From an uncultured delta proteobacterium (lineage in GTDB: Bacteria > Desulfobacterota > Binatia > UBA9968), in NCBI GenBank assembly GCA_963745835.1, contig CAVUZH010000001.1, forward strand, positions 101,706 to 165,705: a stretch of 64,000 nucleotides of DNA, in the 5' to 3' direction. Each line of letters opens with the position of its first letter. Position 1 is the first letter of the stretch. The notes under the pieces are model-generated. The model saw nothing but the letters and a program-made list of their open reading frames with translations. It was not told where the DNA came from and searched no databases. The position numbers were made by a program, and so were the translations under genes. Below, in pieces: positions 20,397 to 32,877 of this stretch.

Positions 20397-20927
20397 ATGT
20401 TTGAAGGAACGACAATACTAGCGATTCGACACCGAGGAAAAGTGGTGGTCGTCGGCGACGGACAGGTAAGTCTCGGTCAAACCGTGATGAAGCACAGCGC
20501 CCGGAAGGTGCGCAAGCTTCATCACGACAAAGTCATCGCCGGTTTTGCCGGTGCCACTGCCGACGCATTTACTTTGTTCGAGAAGTTTGAAGCCAAGCTG
20601 GAACAGTTCAACGGCAATCTCAAGCGGGCGGCAGTGGAGCTCGCGAAGGACTGGCGCACAGATCGAATTTTGCGACGACTGGAAGCGCTACTAATCATCG
20701 CCGACATCAATGACCTGTTGGTGATTTCCGGAGCCGGCGATGTCATAGAACCCGACGATGGCGTCATTGCTATCGGTTCGGGAGGAAATTTCGCATTGGC
20801 AGCAGCTCGGGTACTTGTGAAGCACAGTCAGCTTGACGCGCGCGCGATTGCTGAAGAATCGATGCGCGTGGCCGCCAGTCTCTGCGTCTATACAAACGAG
20901 CAGCTTACGTTTGAAGAGCTGGCGTAA
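20397..20927 (+). CDS. hslV: ATP-dependent protease peptidase subunit HslV
   Basis: TTI N-terminal nucleophile, [15 protein letters not shown] and GSGG. Confidence 0.97.
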   Translation: MFEGTTILAIRHRGKVVVVGDGQVSLGQTVMKHSARKVRKLHHDKVIAGFAGATADAFTLFEKFEAKLEQFNGNLKRAAVELAKDWRTDRILRRLEALLIIADINDLLVISGAGDVIEPDDGVIAIGSGGNFALAAARVLVKHSQLDARAIAEESMRVAASLCVYTNEQLTFEELA

Positions 20928-21023
20928 ACGTGAGCCGCTTCGATAGACGCAGGAAACCGTAGGGTTCCGCAATAAAAGAGTATTTGCTTTTGTCTTTGAA
21001 GTTGCTAGGAGTTACGTATTCTA

Positions 21024-22415
21024 ATGAAGCATGAACCGATCATAGCCTTGCCCGATTCGTCGGATTCTTCCCCGGCGCCGGTGATGACGCCGCGGGAAAT
21101 TGTTTCTGAGCTCGATCGTTACATTGTCGGACAAAGAGACGCCAAACGCGCGGTGGCTATCGCGCTGCGCAACCGCTGGCGACGTCAGCAGGTTTCAGAA
21201 GATCTTCGCGAAGAGATCGTACCTAAGAATATCATCATGATTGGCCCTACCGGGGTCGGCAAAACCGAAATCTCGCGCCGGCTTGCCAAGCTCGCACAGG
21301 CGCCGTTCATCAAGGTCGAAGCCTCCAAATTCACTGAAGTCGGCTACGTCGGCCGCGACGTCGAGTCGATCATCCGCGATCTCACTGATCTTGCCGTCAA
21401 CATGGTGAAAGAAGAAGAGAAGCAGAAGGTTGAAATCAAAGCCCATGAGGTTGCCGAAGAGCGCGTTTTGGATTTGCTATTGCCCGGCGGAGCGGGTGCG
21501 GGCATGGATAACGAGGCAATTGATAGCGCCCGAGTGCAGAGCACACGCGAGAAGCTGAAGAAAATGCTTCGCGAAGGCAAGATGGACGAGCGCTTCGTAG
21601 ACATTGAGGTCACCCAGTCAGCGATGCCGATGATCGAAGTGCTGACGCCTCAAGGCATGGAAGGCATGGAATTCAACTTGAAAGAAATGTTTTCCAACCT
21701 GATGCCGAAGAAAACCAAAAAGAAAACGGTCAAAATTCCCGAAGCCTTGGAAATCCTTACTCAGGAAGAAGCGGGAAAACTGGTCGATATGGACAAGGTG
21801 ACCAGCGAAGCGGTGCGCCGAGTGGAGCAGTCTGGAATTGTCTTCCTCGACGAAATCGACAAAATTGCCGGCCGCGAAGCCAGCCAGGGTCCGGACGTTT
21901 CCCGCCAAGGCGTGCAACGTGATTTGCTGCCGATCGTTGAAGGTTCGACAGTCAATACCAAATACGGCATGGTCAAGACCGATCACATTTTGTTTGTCGC
22001 TTCAGGAGCGTTTCATACCGCAAAACCTTCTGATTTGATTCCCGAATTCCAAGGCCGATTTCCGATTCGTGTAGAGCTTAGTTCTTTGGGTAAGGAAGAC
22101 TTCATTCGGATCTTAACCGAACCCAAGAACGCGCTGATCAAACAATACGAAGCCCTGCTCGAAACCGAGGGAGTTCACTTGAAGTTCGGCGCCGGAGCGA
22201 TCGAAGAAATTGCCAGGATCGCTTCCGATGTCAACGACCGAATGGAAAACATCGGTGCCCGCCGGCTCCACACCATTCTCGAACGCTTGCTCGATGATGT
22301 CTCTTTCGCCGCCCCTGAGATGCACGGCAAAGAAGTCGCCATCGACGCTGAATATGTGCGCGAACGGCTCACGCCAATCTTGAAGAACGAAGATCTCTCG
22401 CGCTACATCCTCTGA
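21024..22415 (+). CDS. hslU: ATP-dependent protease ATPase subunit HslU
   Basis: [33 protein letters not shown] and DLSRYIL. Confidence 0.97.
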   Translation: MKHEPIIALPDSSDSSPAPVMTPREIVSELDRYIVGQRDAKRAVAIALRNRWRRQQVSEDLREEIVPKNIIMIGPTGVGKTEISRRLAKLAQAPFIKVEASKFTEVGYVGRDVESIIRDLTDLAVNMVKEEEKQKVEIKAHEVAEERVLDLLLPGGAGAGMDNEAIDSARVQSTREKLKKMLREGKMDERFVDIEVTQSAMPMIEVLTPQGMEGMEFNLKEMFSNLMPKKTKKKTVKIPEALEILTQEEAGKLVDMDKVTSEAVRRVEQSGIVFLDEIDKIAGREASQGPDVSRQGVQRDLLPIVEGSTVNTKYGMVKTDHILFVASGAFHTAKPSDLIPEFQGRFPIRVELSSLGKEDFIRILTEPKNALIKQYEALLETEGVHLKFGAGAIEEIARIASDVNDRMENIGARRLHTILERLLDDVSFAAPEMHGKEVAIDAEYVRERLTPILKNEDLSRYIL

Positions 22416-23316
<901 letters not shown>

Positions 23317-24505
23317 ATGAACAACTTGGAAATCGCCGCGCTGACTGACAAATATGTTGCTCGAACCTACGCCCGCACTCCCAATCGCATTAGTCAGGGG
23401 AAGAGGCACCAAGGTCTGGGATGCCGAGGGCAAAGAGTACCTCGACTTCCTGGCGGGAATCGCGGTTAACAGTTTGGGTCACTGTCACCCCGCTATCGTC
23501 CGGGCGATTCGGGAGCAGTCGAAAAAGCTGCTGCACGTCTCCAATCTCTACCACATCCTGCCGCAATCGGAGTTGGCGCGCGAGTTATGCGACCATTCGT
23601 TTGCCGAGCGGGTTTTCTTTTGCAATAGCGGCGCCGAAGCAAACGAGGCGGCGATCAAGCTGGTTCGACGCTACGGTCTGGAGAAGCTCGGAGGTAAGTA
23701 CGAAATACTTTCCACGCACAATTCCTTTCACGGCCGCACACTCGCGACCTTAACCGCCACCGGGCAGGAGAAGATCCGCGCGGGTTACGATCCTTTGCCC
23801 ACCGGTTTTCGCCAGGTGCCCTACAATGATCTCGCTGCCATCGAAGAAGCCATCGACGAGAAGAAAACCGCCGCCATATTAGTCGAGCCGATTCAGGCTG
23901 AGGGCGGCGTCAACGTCGCGGACGAGGCCTACATGCGGGGCTTGCGTGAGCTCTGCGACCAGCGCGGTATCTTGCTCATCTTCGATGAAGTTCAAACCGG
24001 GATGGGGCGCACGGGCACGCTGTTCGGCTACGAGCATTTTGCTATCAAGCCGGACATCATGACTTTGGCTAAGGCTCTCGGGGGAGGCCTGCCTCTGGGC
24101 GCGATGTTGGCGCGCGAAGAGATAGCCACAAGCTTCGGGCCGGGTAGCCATGCATCGACGTTCGGTGGTAATCCGGTGGCATGCAGCGCCGGGTTGGCTG
24201 TGATGCAAACCCTATTAGGCGGCGCCCTGAAGAACTGCCTGCAGATGGGGCAGTATCTCGTCAAAGGCCTCGAAGCTTTGCAAAAGCGCTTTTCATTTAT
24301 ACGAGAAGTGCGCGGCAAGGGGCTAATGATCGGCATGGAGCTGGAGATCGAGGGCAGCAAAGTCGCGGACAGCTGCATGCAAGAGGGATTGCTGCTTAAC
24401 TGTACCGCCTACAAAGTCCTCCGTTTTGTTCCACCGCTGACGATAAAGAGAAACGAAATCGATCGCGGCCTCGACATTCTTGAAAAGGTTCTCGCCCGCC
24501 AATAA
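23317..24505 (+). CDS. argD: Acetylornithine aminotransferase; N-terminus MNNLEIAALTDKYVARTYAR in another frame (indel near 23380)
   Basis: NSGAEANE, FHGRT, DEVQTG, AKALGGG and HASTFGGNP. Confidence 0.93.
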
Positions 24506-24527
24506 ACGCTCGTCGGTATCCCCCGTC

Positions 24528-25529
24528 ATGAGTAAACGAGATTTGTTGAATTTCGCTGATTGGAGCCGCCACGAGCTCGAATCGATTGTTCGACTGGCGC
24601 AAGATCTAAAACAGAAGCAGAAGCAGGGCGTCGTGCATCGCCTGCTCGAGGGCAAAGGGCTGGGTATGTTATTTGAGAAACCCAGTTTGAGAACGCGGGT
24701 GACTTTTGAGGCGGGGATGGTTCAGCTCGGCGGCTATGCGGTGTTTCTCTCGCCCACCGAAGTACAGATGGGAGTCCGCGAAACTCCAGAAGACTGCGCG
24801 CGCAGCCTGAGCCGCTGGGTCGATATGATTGTCGTGCGCACATTCGCGCAGGCAACTCTGGAAGAAATGGCGCGTGCCGCGTCCGTGCCTGTGATCAACG
24901 CCTTGACCGATCTCTATCATCCATGCCAGGTCCTTGCCGACTGCCTTACATTGTTGGAACACAAGCGAAAGCTGAAAGGACTTAAGATTACTTTCATCGG
25001 CGACGGCAACAATATGGTGCATTCCTGGATGGAGGCGGCCGAGAAGATCCCATTCTCATTCGCCCTGGCGTGTCCCAAAGGATACGAGCCCAACCGAGAT
25101 ATTGAAGCTCGGGTAAAAAGAAACGGCGCTGACGTGACGGTGACGCATTCCATTAAAGATGCTTTGCGCGGAGCCGATGCGGTTTATACCGACGTTTGGA
25201 CCAGCATGGGACAGGAGTGGGACGTGGCCACCCGCCTCAAAGCTTTTCATGAATATCAGGTGAACCACCGAGTCCTGGCGATGGCCAAGAAAGATGCGGT
25301 GGTCATGCACTGCTTACCGGCTCACCGAGGTCAAGAAATTACTGACGAGGTTTTAGAGAGTCCGCAGTGCATTGCCTTCGATCAGGCTGAAAACAGATTA
25401 CATGCGCAAAAAGCCATCATGGTCTGGTTGCTGAATGGCACGAGAAGTTCAACCGTTCAGAAGCTCAAAGGTTCAGGGAAAATGGGAAATCAATCCAGAG
25501 GAAGCAGAGGTTCCAATAAGAAAAGATGA
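24528..25529 (+). CDS. argF: Ornithine carbamoyltransferase
   Basis: SLRTR, HPCQ, GDGNN, DVWTSMG, HCLP and AENRLH. Confidence 0.96.
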   Translation: MSKRDLLNFADWSRHELESIVRLAQDLKQKQKQGVVHRLLEGKGLGMLFEKPSLRTRVTFEAGMVQLGGYAVFLSPTEVQMGVRETPEDCARSLSRWVDMIVVRTFAQATLEEMARAASVPVINALTDLYHPCQVLADCLTLLEHKRKLKGLKITFIGDGNNMVHSWMEAAEKIPFSFALACPKGYEPNRDIEARVKRNGADVTVTHSIKDALRGADAVYTDVWTSMGQEWDVATRLKAFHEYQVNHRVLAMAKKDAVVMHCLPAHRGQEITDEVLESPQCIAFDQAENRLHAQKAIMVWLLNGTRSSTVQKLKGSGKMGNQSRGSRGSNKKR

Positions 25530-26735
25530 ACGTGAAGAAGGTGGTGCTGGCTTATTCGGGAGGATTAGACACATCGGTTATTCTGCGTTGGATTAAGGAA
25601 GAATATGGCTGCGAAGTGATCGCTTTCTGTGCCGACCTAGGACAGGGAGAAGACCTGCAGGCGGTCAAACGGAAGGCGGTCGACACCGGTGCAAGCAAAG
25701 CGGTAATCGGCGATCTGCGCGAAGAGTTTGTCAAAAATTATGTGTTCCCGATGCTGCGCGGCAACGCGATCTACGAAGGTTCCTACCTGCTCGGCACCTC
25801 CATCGCCCGTCCGCTCATCGCCAAGGCGCAGATCGACGTCGCCGTGAAAGAGCGCGCCGATGCGGTGTCGCACGGCGCCACCGGTAAGGGCAATGACCAG
25901 GTGCGTTTTGAATTGACTTATTATGCGCTCAAGCCGGCTATCAAGGTGATTGCGCCGTGGCGGCTTTGGAGTCTCAATTCACGCACCTCTTTGATCGCCT
26001 ACGCGCGCAAGCATGGCATTCCAGTGCCGGTTACCAAAGCGCGTCCCTACAGCACCGATCGAAATTTATTTCATATTAGTTATGAGGGCGGCATTCTTGA
26101 GGATCCATGGAAAGAGCCGCCGCCAGACATGTTTGTCTGGTGCCGGCCGTTGGAAAAGGCGCCCAATCGAGCCGAGTATGTTGAAATCGATTATCGGCGT
26201 GGCGATCCGATTGCGATCAATGGCAAGACATTGTCTGCCGCCAAACTTCTGGCGCAGTTGAACGATCTCGGCGCCAAGCATGGCATCGGCCGCGTCGATC
26301 TGGTCGAGAATCGCTATGTCGGCATGAAGTCGCGGGGTGTTTACGAGACGCCTGGCGGGACCATACTCCATGCGGCTCATCGCGCGCTAGAGTCCATCAC
26401 TATGGATCGCGAGGTGCATGCGGCTGAGAGATTCCTTGATTCCGCGCTACGCTGAAATGATTTATTACGGTTACTGGTTCTCGCCGGAACGTGAGGTCTT
26501 GCAGGGAGCAATCGATGCGGCGCAGCGCAATGTAAACGGAACAGCGCGGTTGAAGCTTTACAAGGGCAATGTCGTTGTCGCCGGGCGTAAATCCGATTTT
26601 TCGCTCTATGATCCCAAAATGGCGACTTTTGAACAAGATACCGTTTATCAGCAGGCGGACGCCGAAGGATTTATTCGCTTGAACGCTCTACGGTTGCGCT
26701 TGCAGAAACTGAGCAAAACTAAGAGATCGTATTGA
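25526..26735 (+). CDS. argG: Argininosuccinate synthase; apparent 1-nt insertion near 26417
   Basis: [32 protein letters not shown]; C-terminus in the 26418..26735 frame. Confidence 0.95.
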
Positions 26736-28120
26736 AGGGTTCAAAAGCAAAAGAGAAAAAACTTTGGGGCGGGCGTTTCGCTTCCGGCACGGCGGCATCG
26801 GTGGAAGCTTTCACCGCTTCGATTCATATCGATTCGCGACTCTATCGATACGACATCATGGGCAGCATCGCCCATGCGAAAATGCTGGCAAAGCAGGGCA
26901 TCATTCCCGCCCGTGAGGGGCGTAAGATCGTGCGCGGGCTTAGCGCGATTCAAGCCGAGATCGAGCAGGGCGATTTTCACTTCTCTCCGGCTGACGAAGA
27001 CATCCATATGAATATCGAGCGCCGTTTGACCGAAAAGATCGGCCCGGCCGGTGGCATGCTGCACACCGCCCGCAGTCGCAACGATCAGGTCGCGCTCGAC
27101 ATGCGGCTGTTCTTGCGTGAAGAGGTTCGATTAGTCATCGCTGCTTTAAACGCTCTGCAGCGGGAAATCGCCCGCCTGGCCAAACGCCACATTGATGTGA
27201 TCATGCCTGGATATACGCACTTGCAGCGGGCGCAGCCGGTCCTGTTCGCGCATCATTTGCTTGCCTACTACGATATGTTCGACCGCGACCGTCAGCGGTT
27301 TAACGAATCGCTGAAAAGGATCAATGTTTTGCCGTTGGGCTCCGGCGCACTGGCCGGAACGACTTTTCCCATCGACCGCGCCTATCTTGCCCGGCTTCTG
27401 GCCTTCCCCCATATCTCCAAAAACAGCATCGACGCGGTCAGCGATCGCGATTTTCTCATCGAGTTTCTAGCCGGATCGTCGATTCTTTTTGTTCATTTGA
27501 GTCGCCTTGCGGATGAATGGGTGTTGTGGTCTAGTCAAGAATTCTCGTTCATCGAGCTGCCTGACGGTTACTGTACCGGAAGTTCGATGATGCCGCAGAA
27601 GAAAAATCCCGATGTGCCGGAGTTGATTCGCGGCAAAACGGGCCGGGTGTTCGGTCACCTTCAGGCGCTGCTGACGATCATGAAAGGGTTGCCGCTGGCA
27701 TACAATCGCGATCTGCAAGAGGACAAAACTCCACTGTTCGACACGGTCGATACGGTCAAAGCCAGCTTGCAGATGATGCGAGAAATCGTTCAGGGAGTGA
27801 AGGTTAATGCCGACAGAATGTTAACTGCGGCGCAGGATGGTTTTCTGAACGCAACCGACCTGGCCGACTATCTGGTTGAGCGCGGGGAACCGTTTCGCTC
27901 AGCACATGAGATCGCCGGCGGGATAGTGAAACATTGCATGGTTAAGGGGCGACGCATTGAAGAACTGGCCCTCAATGAACTGAAAGATTTTTCTAAAAAA
28001 ATTGAAAAGGATATTTACCGCTATCTTTCTGCCGAAGCGGTGGTTGGCCGGCGTCGAGCACCGGGAGGCACGGCTCGAAAGAATGTGGAGCGTCGCCTCA
28101 AAGAGATAGGGCTTGGATGA
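26732..28120 (+). CDS. argH: Argininosuccinate lyase
   Basis: [23 protein letters not shown] and [12 protein letters not shown]. Confidence 0.97.
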   Translation: MKGSKAKEKKLWGGRFASGTAASVEAFTASIHIDSRLYRYDIMGSIAHAKMLAKQGIIPAREGRKIVRGLSAIQAEIEQGDFHFSPADEDIHMNIERRLTEKIGPAGGMLHTARSRNDQVALDMRLFLREEVRLVIAALNALQREIARLAKRHIDVIMPGYTHLQRAQPVLFAHHLLAYYDMFDRDRQRFNESLKRINVLPLGSGALAGTTFPIDRAYLARLLAFPHISKNSIDAVSDRDFLIEFLAGSSILFVHLSRLADEWVLWSSQEFSFIELPDGYCTGSSMMPQKKNPDVPELIRGKTGRVFGHLQALLTIMKGLPLAYNRDLQEDKTPLFDTVDTVKASLQMMREIVQGVKVNADRMLTAAQDGFLNATDLADYLVERGEPFRSAHEIAGGIVKHCMVKGRRIEELALNELKDFSKKIEKDIYRYLSAEAVVGRRRAPGGTARKNVERRLKEIGLG

Positions 28121-28557
28121 AAACTCTCTTCGCCCTAGGCAGTATAATCGTAGTGCTGTGTATCGGTTGCGGTAAAAAGGGTGAGCCGCGCGCTCCCGAG
28201 TTAGCGATGCCGCAGCTTATTAAGAATCTCACGGCAAAGCCGGACCGCAATGGCATTGTACTAAGCTGGAGCCGCCCCACCGAGTATGTCGACGGCAGAT
28301 CACTCACCGATCTGACCGGGTTTGTGATCTTTCGCAAAGATCTCTCGCCAACGTGCCCGGAATGTCCGGTGCCGTATCGGCCCCTGGCTGCCGTGAACGT
28401 CGAGGATCGGGAGAAATTTGTCAAACAAAAGCAGTATCGCTTCATTGATGAAAATGCCCAAGCACAGATGATTTATCGCTACCGGGTGTCATCGCAGCTG
28501 AAGGATGGATCGTTAAGCAATCCGTCCAATGAAGTTGAAGCTACGCGAGGTCCATAA
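28117..28557 (+). CDS. Lipoprotein with LptM/YifL-like N-terminus and fibronectin type III-like domain
   Basis: CIGCGKKGEP lipobox, LSWSRP, CPECP and YRYRV; lies between argH and lysA. Confidence 0.7.
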   Translation: MKTLFALGSIIVVLCIGCGKKGEPRAPELAMPQLIKNLTAKPDRNGIVLSWSRPTEYVDGRSLTDLTGFVIFRKDLSPTCPECPVPYRPLAAVNVEDREKFVKQKQYRFIDENAQAQMIYRYRVSSQLKDGSLSNPSNEVEATRGP

Positions 28558-29828
28558 TGAATCATTTTGAGTATCGAAATGGGGAAATGTATGCAGAGGG
28601 GGTGGCGGTAAAACGCATCGCCCGTGAAGTCGGCACGCCGGCTTATATTTACAGTTTAGCGACATTGAAACGGCACTACCAAGTCTTTGATCAGGCTTTT
28701 GCCAAGGTTCCGCACATCGTTTGCTTCTCGGTTAAGGCCAACTCAAATCTGACCGTGCTCAGAACCTTCGCCAAGGAAGGTAGCGGGTTCGATATTGTTT
28801 CCGGCGGCGAGCTGTTCCGCGCACTAAAGGCCGGCGGCGATCCGAAAAAGATCGTTTTCTCTGGCGTGGGCAAGAAAAAGGATGAAATCGAGTACGCCCT
28901 CAATTCGGAGATTTTGATGTTCAACGTCGAGTCCGAAGACGAATTGGTGGCTTTGAACGAAATCGCCGGCGCCAGCGGCAAGAAAGCTCCAATCAGTATA
29001 CGGGTCAATCCCGACGTCGATCCGCAAACTCATCCTTACATCTCGACGGGCATGAAGAAAGCGAAGTTCGGCGTCGAAATCAAAAAATCATTGGAGACTT
29101 ACAAGAAAGCCGCAGCATTGCCCAACGTCGACGTCGTTGGGGTCGATTGTCACATCGGTTCGCAGCTAACGTCTCTTTCGCCATTCGTCGATGCTTTGGC
29201 CAGGGTCCGAGAGTATCTCGATCGCGTGCTGGTAGGGTCATTAGAAAAAGAAGGCGCGCAGATTCGTTATCTCGATTTGGGCGGGGGGCTGGGCATCAAT
29301 TATAACGATGAAACTCCGCCGCAGCCGGAGGAATACGCCAGGGCGATCATCGAAGGCTTGGAAGGTCTGGACGTTACATTGATACTGGAGCCCGGGCGCG
29401 TGATTGTCGGCAATGCCGGCATTCTTGTCACTGAGGTCCAATACGTCAAAGAGAATGAAGCCAAAAAATTCGTAATCGTCGACGGCGGCATGAACGATCT
29501 CATACGTCCGGCGCTTTACGGGTCGTATCAGGCGATCCGTCCGGTGGTGGAAACCAGAGCCGAGAAGATCGTCGCGGATGTCGTCGGTCCGATTTGCGAG
29601 AGCGGCGATTTCCTCGCCAAGGATCGGGACATCACGCGGCCGCAACGCGGCGATTTGTTGGCAGTCATGAGCGCCGGCGCGTATGGCTTTACTATGGCAT
29701 CGAACTACAATTCTCATCCGAAGGCTCCCGAGGTTCTCGTTGACGGCGACAGATACTACGTTGTCCGTAAACGCGAGTCTTTTGAAGATTTGATCAGTGG
29801 CGAGACAATACCGGCGGCGCTACAATAA
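28557..29828 (+). CDS. lysA: Diaminopimelate decarboxylase
   Basis: SVKAN PLP lysine, HIGSQ, DLGGG, EPGR and GPICESGD. Confidence 0.97.
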   Translation: MNHFEYRNGEMYAEGVAVKRIAREVGTPAYIYSLATLKRHYQVFDQAFAKVPHIVCFSVKANSNLTVLRTFAKEGSGFDIVSGGELFRALKAGGDPKKIVFSGVGKKKDEIEYALNSEILMFNVESEDELVALNEIAGASGKKAPISIRVNPDVDPQTHPYISTGMKKAKFGVEIKKSLETYKKAAALPNVDVVGVDCHIGSQLTSLSPFVDALARVREYLDRVLVGSLEKEGAQIRYLDLGGGLGINYNDETPPQPEEYARAIIEGLEGLDVTLILEPGRVIVGNAGILVTEVQYVKENEAKKFVIVDGGMNDLIRPALYGSYQAIRPVVETRAEKIVADVVGPICESGDFLAKDRDITRPQRGDLLAVMSAGAYGFTMASNYNSHPKAPEVLVDGDRYYVVRKRESFEDLISGETIPAALQ

Positions 29829-29900
29829 GGACCGTTCAAAACGTTCAAAGGTTCAAGGTGACGAAGTTCGAATTAAGGCCAATTTGGAAAATGTTTTTAT

Positions 29901-30021
29901 CAGGCTGTTCAAAAAATCTCAGAGTCGAAGCGCGCGAGCGTTCGACGAGCTAAGGCGCACGCTTCAGTACGTTGAAGCGAGACGGGTGCAACTCATCATA
30001 TGACTCTTTTTCAGCAGCCTG
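29901..30021. mobile_element. MITE-like 121-bp element with terminal inverted repeats
   Basis: Left CAGGCTGTTCAAAAAA (29901-29916) vs reverse complement of right end CAGGCTGCTGAAAAAG (30006-30021), 13/16 match; internal palindrome CGCTTCA-GTACGT-TGAAGCG. Confidence 0.7.
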
Positions 30022-30036
30022 CAGGGTTCGAATGAG

Positions 30037-30858
30037 ATGGAAATTCCGTTTACCAAGATGCATGGCTGCGGCAATGATTTCATTTTTATAGATTGCCTGA
30101 AAAACGATATCCCTGATCTAGGCGCAATCGCCGGCAGGCTCTGCGATCGGCGCTTCGGCATCGGCGCTGATCAACTCCTGACGGTGCATCCATCCAGGAG
30201 CGCCGACTTCAAAATGGAGATTTACAACGCCGACGGCAGTCAGGTGGAAATGTGCGGCAACGGCATTCGTTGTTTCGCCAAATACGTTTATGAACACGGT
30301 CTGACACAGAACAAGGAACTGGAAGTTGAAACGCTAGCTGGTATTATTCGGCCCCGGATCGTCGGCGACTTGGTCGAGGTCGATATGGGCGAGCCGATTC
30401 TCGAGGGACGCAAGATTCCCGTTGATGCCGATGGTCAGATCGTAAACCGACCGCTGATCGTCGAAGGCCGGACTTACAGCGTGACGTGCGTGTCCATGGG
30501 CAATCCGCATTGCGTGCTCTACCTCGACGATATCGATGCTCTCGATTTAGAGAAGATCGGCCCTCTCTTTGAGCATCACGCCTTTTTCCCTAAACGAGTG
30601 AACACGGAATTCATCAAAGTGCTGAGCCCCAATGAGGTGAACATGCGCGTCTGGGAGCGCGGCGCAGGCGAAACCTGGGCTTGCGGCACCGGCGCGTCAG
30701 CAGTGGCAGTGGCAGGCGTGCTCGGCGGTAAAACCGAAAGAAAGCTGACAGTGCATGTTAAGGGCGGCGACCTATTTATCGAGTGGCGCGACAATAATCG
30801 TGTTTATATGACTGGCGCGGCCGAAGAGGTCTTTCAAGGCACCGTCAAAGTTAGTTAG
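30037..30858 (+). CDS. dapF: Diaminopimelate epimerase
   Basis: KMHGCGNDF, EMCGNG, GNPH and ERGAGETWACGTG. Confidence 0.97.
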   Translation: MEIPFTKMHGCGNDFIFIDCLKNDIPDLGAIAGRLCDRRFGIGADQLLTVHPSRSADFKMEIYNADGSQVEMCGNGIRCFAKYVYEHGLTQNKELEVETLAGIIRPRIVGDLVEVDMGEPILEGRKIPVDADGQIVNRPLIVEGRTYSVTCVSMGNPHCVLYLDDIDALDLEKIGPLFEHHAFFPKRVNTEFIKVLSPNEVNMRVWERGAGETWACGTGASAVAVAGVLGGKTERKLTVHVKGGDLFIEWRDNNRVYMTGAAEEVFQGTVKVS

Positions 30859-30868
30859 GAGCAGTTTG

Positions 30869-31744
30869 ATGTTTACCGGTTCTATGGTCGCCTTGATCAC
30901 ACCCTTCAAAGGCGGCAAGGTCGACTGGCAAAGTCTTGAACGGCTGATCGATTTTCACATCCAGAGCGGCACCCATGGCATCGTGCCGTGCGGCACCACC
31001 GGCGAGTCGGCGACCTTGAGCCATGAAGAACACGAAGAGGTCATCAAAGCCGTCATCAAAGCCGTTAAAAAGCGGCTGCCGGTGATCGCGGGAACCGGCT
31101 CTAATTCGACGGACGAAGCCGTGCGGTTAACACGCGCAGCCGAAAAGTCAGGCGCCGACGGCGCGCTGATGATTTCTCCCTATTACAATCGCCCGACCCA
31201 GGAAGGAATCTACCAACACTATAAGACAGTTGCCTCCGAAGTCGGCATTCCGATCATCGTATACAATATTCCGGGGCGGACCGGATCGAAAATTGAGCCG
31301 GAGACGCTGGCCCGCTTGGCCGAAATCAAGAACATCGCCGGCGTTAAAGAAGCGACTGGCTCAGTGGATCAAGCCATCGACGTTATCCGGCTTTGCGGCG
31401 ACAATCTCGCCGTTTATTCCGGCGAAGATACGCTGACGTTTTCTCTCATGGCCTTGGGCGGCAAAGGTGTGATTTCGACGGTTGCCAATGTCGCACCCAG
31501 AGAAATGTCACAGCTGACCGAAGCTTGCCTTAACAGTGAGTGGGAGAAAGGGCGCGATTTGCAGCTCAACCTGACTCCGCTGATCCGCAGCCTTTTTATC
31601 GAAACCAACCCCATACCGGTGAAAACCGCCGCCGCGCTGATGGGTAAATGCACCGCCGAGCTGCGCCTGCCGCTCACGCCCATGGCCGACGCCAATGTCA
31701 AGAAGCTTAAACGCGCATTGGCGGACTTCCGCTTGATTCAGTAG
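30869..31744 (+). CDS. dapA: 4-hydroxy-tetrahydrodipicolinate synthase
   Basis: GTTGES, PYYNRP, YNIPGRT, GVKEA and ETNPIPVK. Confidence 0.97.
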   Translation: MFTGSMVALITPFKGGKVDWQSLERLIDFHIQSGTHGIVPCGTTGESATLSHEEHEEVIKAVIKAVKKRLPVIAGTGSNSTDEAVRLTRAAEKSGADGALMISPYYNRPTQEGIYQHYKTVASEVGIPIIVYNIPGRTGSKIEPETLARLAEIKNIAGVKEATGSVDQAIDVIRLCGDNLAVYSGEDTLTFSLMALGGKGVISTVANVAPREMSQLTEACLNSEWEKGRDLQLNLTPLIRSLFIETNPIPVKTAAALMGKCTAELRLPLTPMADANVKKLKRALADFRLIQ

Positions 31745-31780
31745 ATCGCCCGCCGACACTCTTCGACTTCGTTCCACCTA

Positions 31781-32591
31781 ATGGCAAAAAATCTCAACCT
31801 GATCGTCTGCGGCGCGGGCGGCCGTATGGGCACAGCGGTGGTGCGCGCGATCCAGCAAAGCGCGGGAATGGCGCTAGTTGCCGCCATCGACAAACCCGGT
31901 AGCCCGAGGCTGGGAAAAGACGCCGGCGAAATTTCCGCCGCCGGCAATCTCGGCATTACCGTAAGCGATAAGATCGAGCCTTACCTCAAACCCGGAACTG
32001 TCATCATCGATTTCACTCGACCCGAGGCTTCATTGACTTATATCAGGGCAGCGGCGAAAAAAGCCGTGCCCATTGTCATCGGGACAACAGGATTTGACCC
32101 TCGGCAAATCGCGGAGATCAAACGGTTGTCGCGCCGGACCCCGGCTCTCTTGTCGGCCAATACCAGCCTGGGCGTGAACGTGCTTGTGAGCCTGCTCGGC
32201 ACCGCCGCGAAGATGCTCGGCGACGACTACGACGTCGAGATCGTCGAGGCGCACCACCGGTTCAAGAAGGACGCTCCCAGCGGTACGGCGCTGGCGCTCG
32301 GCCGCGCCATCACTGGAGCGCTGAGCCGTGATTTGGACAAAGTTGGTATTCATGGGCGCAAAGGGATTGTCGGAGAACGATCAAAAAAAGAGATCGCTCT
32401 TCTCTCAGTCCGCGCCGGCGACATCGTCGGTGAGCATACGGTGATTTTCGGTGGCATCGGCGAGCGCCTCGAGTTCATTCACCGCGCCCACAGCCGCGAT
32501 ACCTTCGCCCACGGCGCTATCCGCGCCGCCCAATGGCTCGCCCGGCAAAACGCCCGGACTGTACGGGATGCACGACGTGTTGCGGTTATAA
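31781..32591 (+). CDS. dapB: 4-hydroxy-tetrahydrodipicolinate reductase; indel near 32550, true end PGLYGMHDVLRL*
   Basis: GAGGRMG, IGTTG, EAHHRFKKDAPSGTA and GEHTV. Confidence 0.95.
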
Positions 32592-32877
32592 AACGACCAA
32601 GTTCTCACGCTCAATTCTTTCCGTCAGATCATGCTAGCTGTCCCATTTCACAGACGAGGAAGAAAGTTGCCTTTTGCCACCCTGCCAGCCGGCCTTTCAG
32701 GAGAGTCGCCTTTACACATGCGAGGCATGTTCAGCTATAAAGCTCGTCGCGTTTGAGTCCTGAAATCTACAGTGGAAGAATTGCCGGCCTGACAGCGCTG
32801 CACCGTCAATCAAAAAGCACTGGTGAGAAATAGGCGCCTGGTTTAAACTGCCTTTCCAGTAGCCACTCCGAAATCGC

